From Schmidtea nova (Eukaryota): 64,000 nucleotides of DNA. The stretch spans positions 1,674,001-1,738,000 of the forward strand of contig CM097882.1 of the NCBI GenBank assembly GCA_044892505.1, written 5' to 3'. Within the stretch, counting starts at the first letter, position 1. Every line of letters starts with the position of its first letter. Shown here in pieces: positions 33,920 through 47,200 of this stretch. The notes below the pieces were generated by a model, which searched no databases, was not told the origin of the DNA, and saw nothing but the letters and a program-made list of their open reading frames with translations. A program made the position numbers and the translations under genes.

Positions 33920-35318
33920 ATGAAAATACATGCGAAACATGCTAGTAAATCTCAATATGACAGAGCAGGACTTTTTTCAAAATTATTTTTTGTCTGGGTA
34001 ACTCCGGTATTTATCAAAGCTTTCCGTAGGACATTGTTAGAAAAAGAAATATTCGATATTTCTAAATTTGACACAACTTCTCATTTGTTTGATATATTTC
34101 AAAAGTAAATTTTTAGTTGGTATTTCTCAATTCAAATGTCACCTTAGAGAGTGGGAAAAAGAACAATGCCGAAAAAAACCTAGCCTCATAAAGTGTGTTT
34201 GTAGAATATTCTGGAAAGAGTATTTCATGCTGGGATTATTGCTATTATTTGAGGTGGTTATTATTTATTTGTTGCAAACAATTGCAATGTTTATAATAAA
34301 TTTTATAATAGAATTTTATCAATTTGTCTCAACCGCTTATCATTTGGAAACTTCTTTCATTTTCCACTACAATCGATGAATCTTTGACAGAAGTTTTGAT
34401 ATATTCTACTTTGTTAATTGTGACGACTATTTTGCTGGTGCTCATTCGTAATCCTTACTACTTTCTCACATTAAAGATGGGCATGAGATTGAAAATTGGA
34501 ATAGGAGCAATTGTATATGAGAAAGTAATACTTATTATTATTTATTTTCATTGTTATTTGCAATAATAAGAAAGTTCCGGAATAATTTTTTTTCTATTTT
34601 TTACTATTTTACTGGTCAAGTTTGGTTAGTAAAACAGTGTTTGTAATATAGCAATTAACTTCAGAAGTAAACTTGAATAAATTTTATAATCGAATTTGGG
34701 AATAAGCTGATAAATTATTCGCATGAAGAGACTAAAGTTGTATTGATAAAAATTCAAGTTCGTGAATTTGAAGANNNNNNNNNNNNNNNNNNNNNNNNNN
34801 NNNNNNNNNNNNNNNNNNNNNNNNNNNNNNNNNNNNNNNNNNNNNNNNNNNNNNNNNNNNNNNNNNNNNNNNNNNNNNNNNNNNNNNNNNNNNNNNNNNN
34901 NNNNNNNNNNNNNNNNNNNNNNNNNNNNNNNNNGAAAGCTCTCGGTCAAACTACAAGTGGACAAATTATAAATCTCATGTCTAGCGATGTGCAAAAATTT
35001 GAATTGGTACATCAATTGTGCGGCTCTGATGAGCATGGAACTTTAATGTTATTAATTTTAGAGTTTACCGCATCTTCATTTTATTTGGATCGGTCCATTA
35101 GTTACTATAGTAACGGTTCTTATATTATACATGTTCTCACGTGAGGGTGGCTTGGCTTCGATTCTGGTATTTTTCATTTTGATTCCCGCTCAAATCAGTC
35201 TAGGAAAATTGTATTTCAAATTCAGGTCAAATAATAATTAATAATATTATTATTATCATTATTATTGTCATTACTATTGTCATTATTATTGTCATTATTG
35301 TCATTATTGTCATTATTG

Positions 35319-35402
<84 letters not shown>

Positions 35403-36077
35403 TTTCATTATTAATTTCATTTTCATTATTATTTATTATTATTTTTGATTTTTTCTACATTATCATTAATTTATAGTATTCTTTTTTATTCTTTAATTTA
35501 TTTTTATTACTTTTTTAATTAAAATGTTAATAAATAATTAATCTGTTTATTAATTGGAAATAATTGGAACCATTTAGGTTTCTCATAGCATCGATTACTG
35601 ATGAACGAATTAAGATTATTTCTGAACTGATAAATGGCATGCAAGTTGTAAAAATGTACTGTTGGGAGCCAATGTTCATCAAGATCATCGGTGAATTACG
35701 GAGGTATGTTTAAATTACTTGACCTTTATAATCGTTACATATTCCAATCACACAGTTGAGTGCTTACAATTGCATTAGTTTTAGTTTTGAGATTTTCTAC
35801 ACCAGCTTTCAAAATTTAAGAACCATTTACAATATAAATAGATTAATTCAATTGTAAAAAACATATTTACTCGCTTGCTTTCAAAAATTAAAGTACAAAG
35901 GAAATTTATAATATAAAAATATAGAAAACAAAGCTTATCAGCAAAAACACGCAAGAACTGTATAATATGCAATGTATATCTACTAAGCAAACATTTCCTA
36001 TAATATAAAATACAGCACAGACAATCCATCAAATGAAATTTTAAAATTTAATGCCTATTTGAAAATGCATAATCAAA

Positions 36078-36147
<70 letters not shown>

Positions 36148-38199
36148 CGCCGTACTATCGCAAGTGCAATCGCACTGGGCCCCCAATTTTTGAGGGCCAC
36201 CAAATATTAAATACATTAGAAAAACTTCTCCAATACCATAAATTACTACGAATTGAAAGAAAAAAAACAAATTTGAAAATTGAAAATTCGTTTAACTTTC
36301 AAAAAAATCTAGTTGGCAACGATTTAATTTGAAACAAATATACCTAATAATTCAGTTGTTTTTTGCTTCAAATTGTTATCTTCTGTTTGTTTATTATATG
36401 ATATTTTAGGTTTAACGATTCGTTTATATATTTAATAAATTGTAATTTTCACTTTTATTAATAGAAATTGATCGCTAATTGATAAGTCGGTTTTTCACAA
36501 CCGGAAATCTTGACCGATGATAACAAGAGTTGAAATGAACAAGCTCCATGACAGTCCGTATTGATTGATTTCTGGTGCTGGCGAATAATCCTTTAATCGA
36601 GATTGATTGTGATCCAATGTAAGCTGAACGTTATAAACTGATTCTATTGTTCATACACAAATGACATATTTTCATCTTATATTGTTAAGTTTGCAACAAA
36701 TGTCAAATGAGACAATCATTTTTGAACAGATGTAGTGTAGGAATGCTAAAAGCAAATAAGATTTTATTAATAGAAATTGATCTCCAATTGACAAGTTGGT
36801 CTTTGGCAAACGGAAATCCTGACCGATGATAATAAGAGTTGAAATGAGCAAGCTCCATGACAGTCCGTATTCATTGATTTCTGGTGATGGCGAATAATCG
36901 TTTAATCGAGATTGATTGTGATCCAATGTATTGATTTGTAGATTTTTTGAGTTAGTCATTTCAGATTTGTCTGGATAGTATATTAATATTGATCCAGTTG
37001 TTGACAAGCATCTTCTAGTTTGTACGGCTTCTTTACGCATTCCAGCAGCGAAACATTTCTGCAATCTACGGAACTGGCTATTGTTTCTTCTTTGAATATC
37101 GACTACACAATCTCCACTAGAGTAGAATTGATAATTGTTGTCATTTGATGAAAACGAGTCGCTGTGAATGTCTTGAGTGAATGGGTATATCGAATCATTG
37201 TTAACAGCTTGCATTTTTTTTTGATCAGCGTGAAAAAGTGTAAATATGTAAATATTAAAACAACATCTATTTTTCTCCATTTAATAATTAATTAATTTAT
37301 AAAATTGAAAATTTAATCTAAGGCACTACAATATACATATATTCAAATTTATAGAAGGAATACACCAGGTGTCGAAATTCAAATTAAAAAAAATTTTTTA
37401 GTTTCTGCACAGGGCCCCCAAAAGNNNNNNNNNNNNNNNNNNNNNNNNNNNNNNNNNNNNNNNNNNNNNNNNNNNNNNNNNNNNNNNNNNNNNNNNNNNN
37501 NNNNNNNNNNNNNNNNNNNNNNNNNNNNNNNNNNNNNNNNNNNNNNNNNNNNNNNNNTTAATTATAACTATCAATTTTAATTTCCACGATCAATTTTAAT
37601 CTGCTCTAAAATGCACCCAATAATCAATGAATCTTTTGATCATTTTAACCAAATTGACAGTATAAATGTTTAGAGTCGAACTGAAATACATATTTAAATA
37701 TCGGTTGGCTCTTACGTCCCAGTTTTCACAAGTTATATTTCAGACCAAAGTTGCAGTTTGCACAATGATAATTATTTCATTTTATTTAAATTTACATCTT
37801 AATTCGGCATTGGTTTTCAGTTCCATATCCGTATTAAGCATTATTAAATCACTTTATACGCGTTATATTCCATATTGCGTTTCGAATTTTCAGGAAATTC
37901 GGGTGAGTTTTGGAAGAATTCAGGTAAGTTTCTTTTTATAACAGAATTAATTTCAATCTGTTGATTTTGATGATAATTATTCTGTTGATTATTTCTATGA
38001 AACCCACATCTACTATATAATAATAATATTTAGCCCTGTCTGTTTTTGGAATAAAACGAAATTATAAATTTTTCATACTTTGAATAAACTTTATTTAATA
38101 ATATAGTTGCCATCATTATTTATGACTTCTTGTCAGCGCGATGGCAATTTGTATATCCCATCTTTGAAAAAAGCCTTGTTTCTAGCGGTAAAAAAAAAA

Positions 38200-38251
<52 letters not shown>

Positions 38252-41200
38252 TTAAATATTATATCACAATTATTTTTGACAATGAGTCAAAATTTTGCAC
38301 ACTTTGAATTATAAAGATTGACAAGGATTGTTTTATAATCGAAAAATTTTCACCTAAATCTTTGCAGCAAATGCTTATTTCTTTATTTTTTAATATAAAG
38401 ATTATTATTATTACAGAAATACGTTTTTACCAATATAAAAAACAAAATTTCAAAAGTTATAGCATCTAAACTAGAAAATTTACTTACAAATTTGAAGTTT
38501 CGTGAGAAAAGTAAAAGCAACAACAAAAATGCATACAAGAGCAGTGGAAATGGACTTAAAGTTTAAAAATGCTCAATATAGTTTTTACAGTCTGGCGGTA
38601 CTTAACTGCTGAGATTTCCTTTATCTTTGACACTGAATTATTGAATACATTTATGTAGTGTAATGTATTCGTTTTTTGCTTCAACTTCTCTTCTTTTCAC
38701 CTCTTCATCTTTCATGTTGTCAGAACTTTTTGAATCATGGAAATCGCTGTATAAGGCTCAATAGTCAAATTTTTGATAAGTGTCTTGATTTCAAGGTTTT
38801 TGGAGTAAGTAAAAAAGTATAGGTTTTCCGTTACACTTTATGATCCAAAAATGACAATAGTGAAACCAAATGTATGTTTAACTGCTCATCAATTTTTGTC
38901 TATAGTGTAATTTTAAAGCCAGGGGAATTTTGTTTGTTCTGTTCTTGAAATATGTATATTAAGGTAGCCTTAGATCTCAGCAACTTACAGCTTTGCTTGC
39001 TGAATTCCAGGATTGCATGCGTGATCGGTTCTATCACGATTAGGATTTCTTTTAGGAAAAAAATGTCATCTTCACTATTAAGGACACGTATTTTTTAATT
39101 AAATTAATTTTAAATATACGATAATTATAGAAATATTATTTATACCTTTAAGACTTATTATATAAGAAGATCATTACAATGGATTTTGGACATTACTGAT
39201 TCAAAATCCATTGATGTAAAAGAAGATTGGAAGCAATTTTCATTTAAGTACTACATATAAATCATATCCTTATCGTTGAAAGAACTGAAAATTGTAACAT
39301 TAAATGCATGTTGGAAAAAGATATGGCCAGCAGCAGTTGAGATAGAAAACGTGCATGAATCAGGAGAAAATGAAATTGGTGGGATATTAGAACTTGCTAG
39401 GTCGGTCGGAGAAGATGGGTTTGTGTATATGGCTTTTGAGGATGTTCAAAACTTATTAGTAGAAGAAGTTTGCGAAGCAGATTTGGTAGAAATGACATCC
39501 CTGTCCCAACTGAATGAAATTGATTCCACCTCTGATCAAGATAGTGAAGTTAATAATTTTACACTAAAAAAATTACAGGAAGGATTAAGTTTCGCTGAAA
39601 AGTTGGAATTATTTTTCTTGAATGCAGACCCTTGTGCCGAAAGAAGCAGAAAATTCAAAAAGGAATTGCAAAATTGCTTATCATAATATTAAGAAATTTA
39701 CAACAACCTTGCAAAAACAAGGAAACAAAACGAGATTACGAATTTTTTAAGACATTAGAAGATCAGCGAAATATTAATGCATAAAAAAGTTCAGAAATTT
39801 AGATGATATTATTCAATCGAACAGGCGTTCCCATAATTGAATTGAGCAGCGATGACGAAGAAAATTCTTAACTTAAATTTATGATCTATTCATATATATT
39901 TATGCCGATCTTTTTGTGTTTTATATGTATTTAGGTGAATTTATTTTTGTTTTTTATGTATTTAAGTGAATTTTTATTTGTTTTGTTATTCTTAATAAAA
40001 ATTAAGTTTTTTCTATGACATTAATTTTTTTAGAACGTTACCACTCATTTTGTACCACCTTCTAGTCTCCTATAGCATGGTTTCACATAATACGTCATAA
40101 TATAGGAACCCGTCTACCGTGTTATAGGAGGGATACCTGTATTGAAAATATTCACAAAATTTCACAACAGAAATAATTAGTTTAAGGCAGGGGTTTCCAA
40201 AGTTTTACTTAGGAGGGGGACAAATTCTAAACTATTTGACGGGCAAAGATACAAAAATGTTTTTTTTTAAAGTAATAATAGATTNNNNNNNNNNNNNNNN
40301 NNNNNNNNNNNNNNNNNNNNNNNNNNNNNNNNNNNNNNNNNNNNNNNNNNNNNNNNNNNNNNNNNNNNNNNNNNNNNNNNNNNNNNNNNNNNNNNNNNNN
40401 NNNNNNNNNNNNNNNNNNNNNNNNNNNNNNNNNNNNNNNNNNNNNNNTTTAGAGAGATACGGAAATAATAAAATTTTAAGGCAAACAGTGGCAAAAAGGC
40501 TGACATATGCACAAACAACATGGCAAAAACATCGCCCAGGTTGGGAGACACCGAAATATATAATAAAATATGGATAAGATTTTAATACTAAATTAAATTA
40601 TAAAATACTTACATAATTTTATATAAAGTATTAAATAAAAATGGCAATTTATTCATATAAATAAGAGAACACCATTTTTTTAAATATATTAATGCAATAT
40701 ATTTCAACAGCTTAGCTGTCATCATCAGGCTTTCCACAATCTCAATAAAATAAAAATTGATCTTTATTATACGCTTAATAGTGATTACATAATTACATGT
40801 GCATAATCCAATAAAACTTTTATTTACCCTAATAAAATTAATTAAACACTCTCAAAATGCAAGTAGATATTGCATTTTGTATATTTATTTTAGGATTAAA
40901 TGATTTTATCATCAAAGCCTCACAATTCACACGTTCATAATAATTTTTAAAACCCCTAGAAAGTATTTTGAAATTAGAAATATCAATGCTCTTCTTGCAA
41001 GTCTTATTATGCTCAATAATGTTACTCTTTCCGCTATTTCTGGCATGTTCTGGCATTGGAAATACTAATGTTAAAATAATTTCTAAGTCTTGCAAAGTTC
41101 GGGATATGTTCAGTAATAAATCTGTGACGCCATTTGGTCTGTGTTCTGATCTCGTATATCGTTTTACTTGTAATGGTGTAATGCCACATACATTGGAGAG

Positions 41201-44200
41201 ACTGTCCGTCATCTATGTACACGAGTTCAAGAACATGCCAGAAAGAGCGGAAAGAGTAACATTATTGAGCATAATAAGACTTGCAAGAAGAGCATTGATA
41301 TTTCTAATTTCAAAATACTTTCTAGGGGTTTTAAAAATTATTATGAACGTGTGAATTGTGAGGCTTTGATGATAAAATCATTTAATCCTAAAATAAATAT
41401 ACAAAATGCAATATCTACATGCATTTTGAGAGTGTTTAATTAATTTTATTAGGGTAAATAAAAGTTTTATTGGATTATGCACATGTAATTATGTAATCAC
41501 TATTAAGCGTATAATTAAGATCAATTTTTATTTTATTGAGATTGTGGAAAGCCTGATGATGACAGCTAAGCTGTTGAAATATATTGCATTAATATATTTA
41601 AAAAAATGGTGTTCTCTTATTTATATAATTTTATATATTTAATTTATTACAATTGATTTTAAATATGACTAAATATTGATTAATTTAATATTAATAATCC
41701 TTACAAACAAAAGAAATCAATTAAATAAAACATGTTATCGAAAATAAAATTAAAGGTTAGCGCTTATTATTTAGTGGGAATTTGCAAAATTAGAAAACAA
41801 AAATAAATTTATTTTGTGGAATTTTAAATGCTAGAAACAGCACGAAGTATATGATCATTAACATTATTAGTAATTTTAAACAGAGTGGTGGAACATTTTC
41901 TTCTCGAATGATGATGTTGTTGCAACGAATGTAATTTTGAAAACATTGATAAGCTAAACTTTAAAAGAGGTAGTGATTGTGAATCTAACGAAGTGGTATT
42001 AAAAAAGAACGTATTGAAATCAAAACGAAACCTCGTCATTGTAAAGAAAATCAAAAGGGGAAAAAACAGAAGAAATTTATTATATAAAAAGGTTCGATGA
42101 GTAACTAGATTTGATCAAATTTCAGCATGCCGTTCCCCCCTTTGAGTTGTAACAAGCATTCAAAAAAAAGCAAAAAAGTGTATAATTAAAAATGTTTAGC
42201 GAATTCTATCTTATTTTTTTCTGGGTCGGTTTGTTATTTTATTATATATTATTGTGTGCCGATATATTGGGCGGGCTGCAAAAATGTTCGTCGTGGGTCC
42301 CGAGTTTGACACCCATGCCTTAAACCCAACATTATAAATGATAACTTTGACATGTGTAATAAATAAATATCATCTATTATGGAAATATCATTTTCAGAAA
42401 GACGTTATTATATGGTTTTGTACGAAAATCGGTCAAAGGTTTATGGGTAGCACTGCGTTTTAGCGGTGGCCGGTTTATAATAATCTCATACATGTGCTGT
42501 GCCTTTCTGTTGGAAATTCCTTTATCTTCTCGATTGGTCTGGCTGACAGTTATTCTCATCAATCAGATAAGGGCTAGTATTGTCGATCGGTTTTCTCTCG
42601 GCCTAGCTCACGCAATTGACTTGCGGGTCACTTTCTCGAGAATTCAGGTTTCTTTTTATCAAAATTTGCTTAACAACATTAATTGGAATAAGCTTGGGTG
42701 AACCTGAGTAACACGGGATGATTATAGGGATTTTAATATATTGTAATTAATGGGAATAACATTTTCACATTACTGAGAGATAATAATGATACCGTTGTCA
42801 CTTTGATATAATTTTCAAAATGTGTCTGGTGGAAATCTAAATTTTAATTGGCTTCTTATAATTTTCATTATAATTTTGCGATAATAATTAGAATTGAAAT
42901 GTCTTCAGAAGTTTCTATCGCTTTCGGAATTCGAAATGGAGAATATTTCTCCTCCTGATTCATTAAATTCCCAGCATCTACCTCCCGATACAATCCAATG
43001 TTCGTCGGTAACATTTGAAAATGTATTCGCCAAATGGAATGAAGTAAATCTTTTATTTTCTTTTATTTTACGCCTTTAGCCTTAAACATCTAAATAAGCT
43101 AATAGTAATATAATTAATACTAAAAATGCTAATTAGAAAAAGAAAAATTACAACGAATAAATTGAGGCCATTTCTGGTAATTATTGAAATCATTGACAGC
43201 GCCGTACTATCGCAAGTGCAATCGCAGGGGCCTCCTATTTTGGAGTGGCCACAAATATTAAATGACTTATTTTTAAACGAGCAATATTTTTTTTAAAAGG
43301 AGAATTAAAGAAATTTAGCTTTAATTATATTGAAAGATCGTTATTTATATTTGGTGGTCACTAATAATATTTCATGAGCTTTAATTATTAGTTTAATTTG
43401 TAATTAGGAGTATTTATACAAAACGCTACATAAATGGTCAATTTTATACTTTCGAGACCTTCCGAGCTACACAATTTTGCATTTGGTGTGTGGAAGACAG
43501 GTACTTGTACCTGTCCTGCATTTCTAAAGCGCTACATTTGCAAACATGTGGCTGGTATGGCGATCAGAATAAAGTATTGCAAACCACAACCAAAGGCAAA
43601 AATTGTGTATATATTGTAACCAAGATTAAGAGAGAAAGGCCTTTGAAAACTAAAAAAGCTTTACTAAGACAATGACAATTTTATAAATGATGATCTGTGA
43701 TTTTTTTCAATTTCAAAATAATATTATATAATGGTCTTTCTTTGTATAATGTTTTTTCTTAAATTGATTAATGTATTTTTTCATTAAAATTAATGTAGTT
43801 CTTTTAATAAATTAATGCTCATAAATTATTTATATAATGCTATTAAGTTAATGCTAAAGCTTTATTATGTTAATGCTCATTCAATATATTATTAATGCTT
43901 ATTCAGTATATTATTAATGCTCATTCAATATATTATTAATGCTTATTCAGTATATTATTAATGCTCATTCAATATATTATTAATGCTTATTCAGTATATT
44001 ATTAATGCTCATTCAATATATTATTAATGCTCATTCAATATATTTTTAATGCTCATTCAATATATTATTAATGCTCATTCAATATATTATTAATGCTCAT
44101 TCAATATATTATTAATGCTCATTCAATATATTTTTAATGCTCATTCAATATATTATTAATGCTCATTCAATATATTATTAATGCTCATTCAATATATTTT

Positions 44201-47200
44201 TAATGCTCATTCAATATATTTTTAATGTTCATTCAATATATTATTAATGCTCATTCAATATATTTTTAATGCTCATTCAATATATTTTTAATGTTCATTC
44301 AATATATTATTAATGCTCATTCAATATATTATTAATGCTCATTCAATATATTATTAATGCTCATTCAATATATTATTAATGCTCATTCAATATATTATTA
44401 ATGCTCATTCAATATATTATTAATGCTCATTCAATATATTATTAATGCTCATTCAATATATTATTAATGCTCATTCAATATATTATTAATGCTCATTCAA
44501 TATATTATTAATGCTCATTCAATATATTATTAATGCTCATTCAATATATTATTAATGCTCATTCAATATATTATTAATGCTCATTCAATATATTATTAAT
44601 GCTCATTCAATATATTATTAATGCTCATTCAATATATTATTAATGCTCATTCAATATATTATTAATGCTCATTCGATATATTATTAATGCTCATTCAATA
44701 TATTATTAATGCTCATTCAATATATTATTAATGCTCATTCGATATATTATTAATGCTCATTCAATATATTATTAATGCTCATTCGATATATTATTAATTC
44801 TCATTCAATATATTATTAATGCTCATTCGATATATTATTAATGCTCATTCAATATATTATTAATGCTCATTCGATATATTATTAATTCTCATTCAATATA
44901 TTATTAATGCTCATTCGATATATTATTAATGCTCATTCAATATATTATTAATGCTCATTCAATATATTAATGCTCATTCAATATATTATTAATGCTCATT
45001 CAATATATTAATGCTCATTCAATATATTATTAATGTTCATTCAATATATTATTAATGCTCATTCAATATATTATTAATGTTCATTCAATATATTATTAAT
45101 GCTCATTCAATATATTATTAATGTTCATTCAATATATTATTAATGCTCATTCAATATATTATTAATGTTCATTCAATATATTATTAATGCTCATTCAATA
45201 TATTATTAATGCTCATTCAATATATTATTAATGCTCATTCAATATATTATTAATGTTCAATCAATATATTATAATTGCTCAATCAATATATTATTAATGC
45301 TCAATCAGTATATTATTAATGCTCATTCAATATATTATTAATGCTCAATCAATATATTATTAATGCTCAATCAATATATTATTAATGCTCATTCGATATA
45401 TTATTAATGCTCATTCAATATATTATTAATGCTCAATCAATATATTATTAATGCTCATTCGATATATTATTAATGCTCATTCAATATATTATTAATGCTC
45501 ATTCGATATATTATTAATCCTCATTCAATATATTATTAATGCTCATTCGATATATTATTAATGCTCATTCAATATATTATTAATGTTCATTCAATATATT
45601 ATTAATGCTCATTCAATATATTATTAATGTTCATTCAATATATTATTAATGCTCATTCAATATATTATTAATGTTCATTCAATATATTATTAATGCTCAT
45701 TCAATATATTATTAATGCTCATTCAATATATTATTAAGGCTCATTCAATATATTATTAATGTTCATTCAATATATTATTAATGTTCATTCAATATATTAT
45801 TAATGCTCATTTAATATATTATTAATGCTCATTCAATATATTATTAATGCTCATTTAATATATTATTAATGCTCATTCAATATATTATTAATGCTCATTT
45901 AATATATTATTAATGCTCATTCAATATATTATTAATGCTCATTCAATATATTATTAAAGCTCATTCAATATATTATTAATGCTCATTCAATATATTATTA
46001 ATGCTCATTCAATATATTATTAAAGCTCATTCAATATATTATTAATGCTCATTCAATATATTATTAAAGCTCATTCAATATATTATTAATGCTCATTCAA
46101 TATATTATTAATGTTCATTCAATATATTATTAATGCTCATTCAATATATTATTAATGTTCATTCAATATATTATTAATGTTCATTCAATATATTATTAAT
46201 GTTCATTCAATATATTATTAATGTTCATTCAATATATTATTAATGCTCATTCGATATATTATTAATGCTCATTCAATATATTATTAATGCTCATTCAATA
46301 TATTATTAATGCTCATTCAATATATTATTAATGCTCATTCAATATATTATTAATGCTCATTCAATATATTATTAATGCTCATTCAATATATTATTAATGC
46401 TCATTCAATATATTATTAATGCTCATTCAATATATTATTAATGCTCATTCAATATATTATTAATGCTCATTCAATATATTATTAATGCTCATTCAATATA
46501 TTATTAATGCTCATTCAATATATTATTAATGCTCATTCAATATATTTTTAATGCTCATTCAATAAATTTTTAATGTTCATTCAATATATTATTAATGCTC
46601 ATTCAATATATTATTAATGCTCATTCAATATATTATTAATGCTCATTCAATATATTATTAATGCTCATTCAATATATTATTAATGCTCATTCAATATATT
46701 ATTAATGCTCATTCAATATATTATTAATGCTCATTCAATATATTATTAATGCTCATTCGATATATTATTAATGCTCATTCAATATATTATTAATGCTCAT
46801 TCGATATATTATTAATGCTCATTCAATATATTATTAATGCTCATTCGATATATTATTAATTCTCATTCAATATATTATTAATGTTCATTCAATATATTAT
46901 TAATGCTCATTCAGTATATTATTAATGCTCAATCAATATATTATTAATGCTCATTCAGTATATTATTAATGCTCAATCAATATATTATTAATGCTCATTC
47001 GATATATTATTAATGCTCATTCAATATATTATTAATGCTCATTCAATATATTATTAATGTTCATTCAATATATTATTAATGCTCATTCAATATATTATTA
47101 ATGTTCATTCAATATATTATTAATGCTCATTCAATATATTATTAATGTTCATTCAATATATTATTAAAGCTCATTCGATATATTATTAATGCTCATTCAA

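Larger units (their letters stand above)
40655..41626 (+). mobile_element. Penelope-like element 3' end (GIY-YIG) with an inverted pseudo-LTR
   Basis: VYRFTCNG(C)NATYIGETVRHLCTRVQEH..FKIL..EALMIKSFNPKINIQ. Arms of about 396 bp (40655-41051 and 41230-41626) are reverse complements. Confidence 0.9.

Noticed and set aside
35022-35045. CTGATGAG in an ABCC intron (CTGATGA also at 33917 and 35596) as possible hammerheads
   Set aside because: No stem II followed by GAAA and no stem I/III pairing.
40180-42325. hAT-like ends (CAGGGGTTTCCAAA / TTTGACACCCATG) around the PLE as one element
   Set aside because: The flanks GTTTAAGG and CCTTAAAC are inverted rather than direct, and the left part is gapped, so a single insertion cannot be supported.
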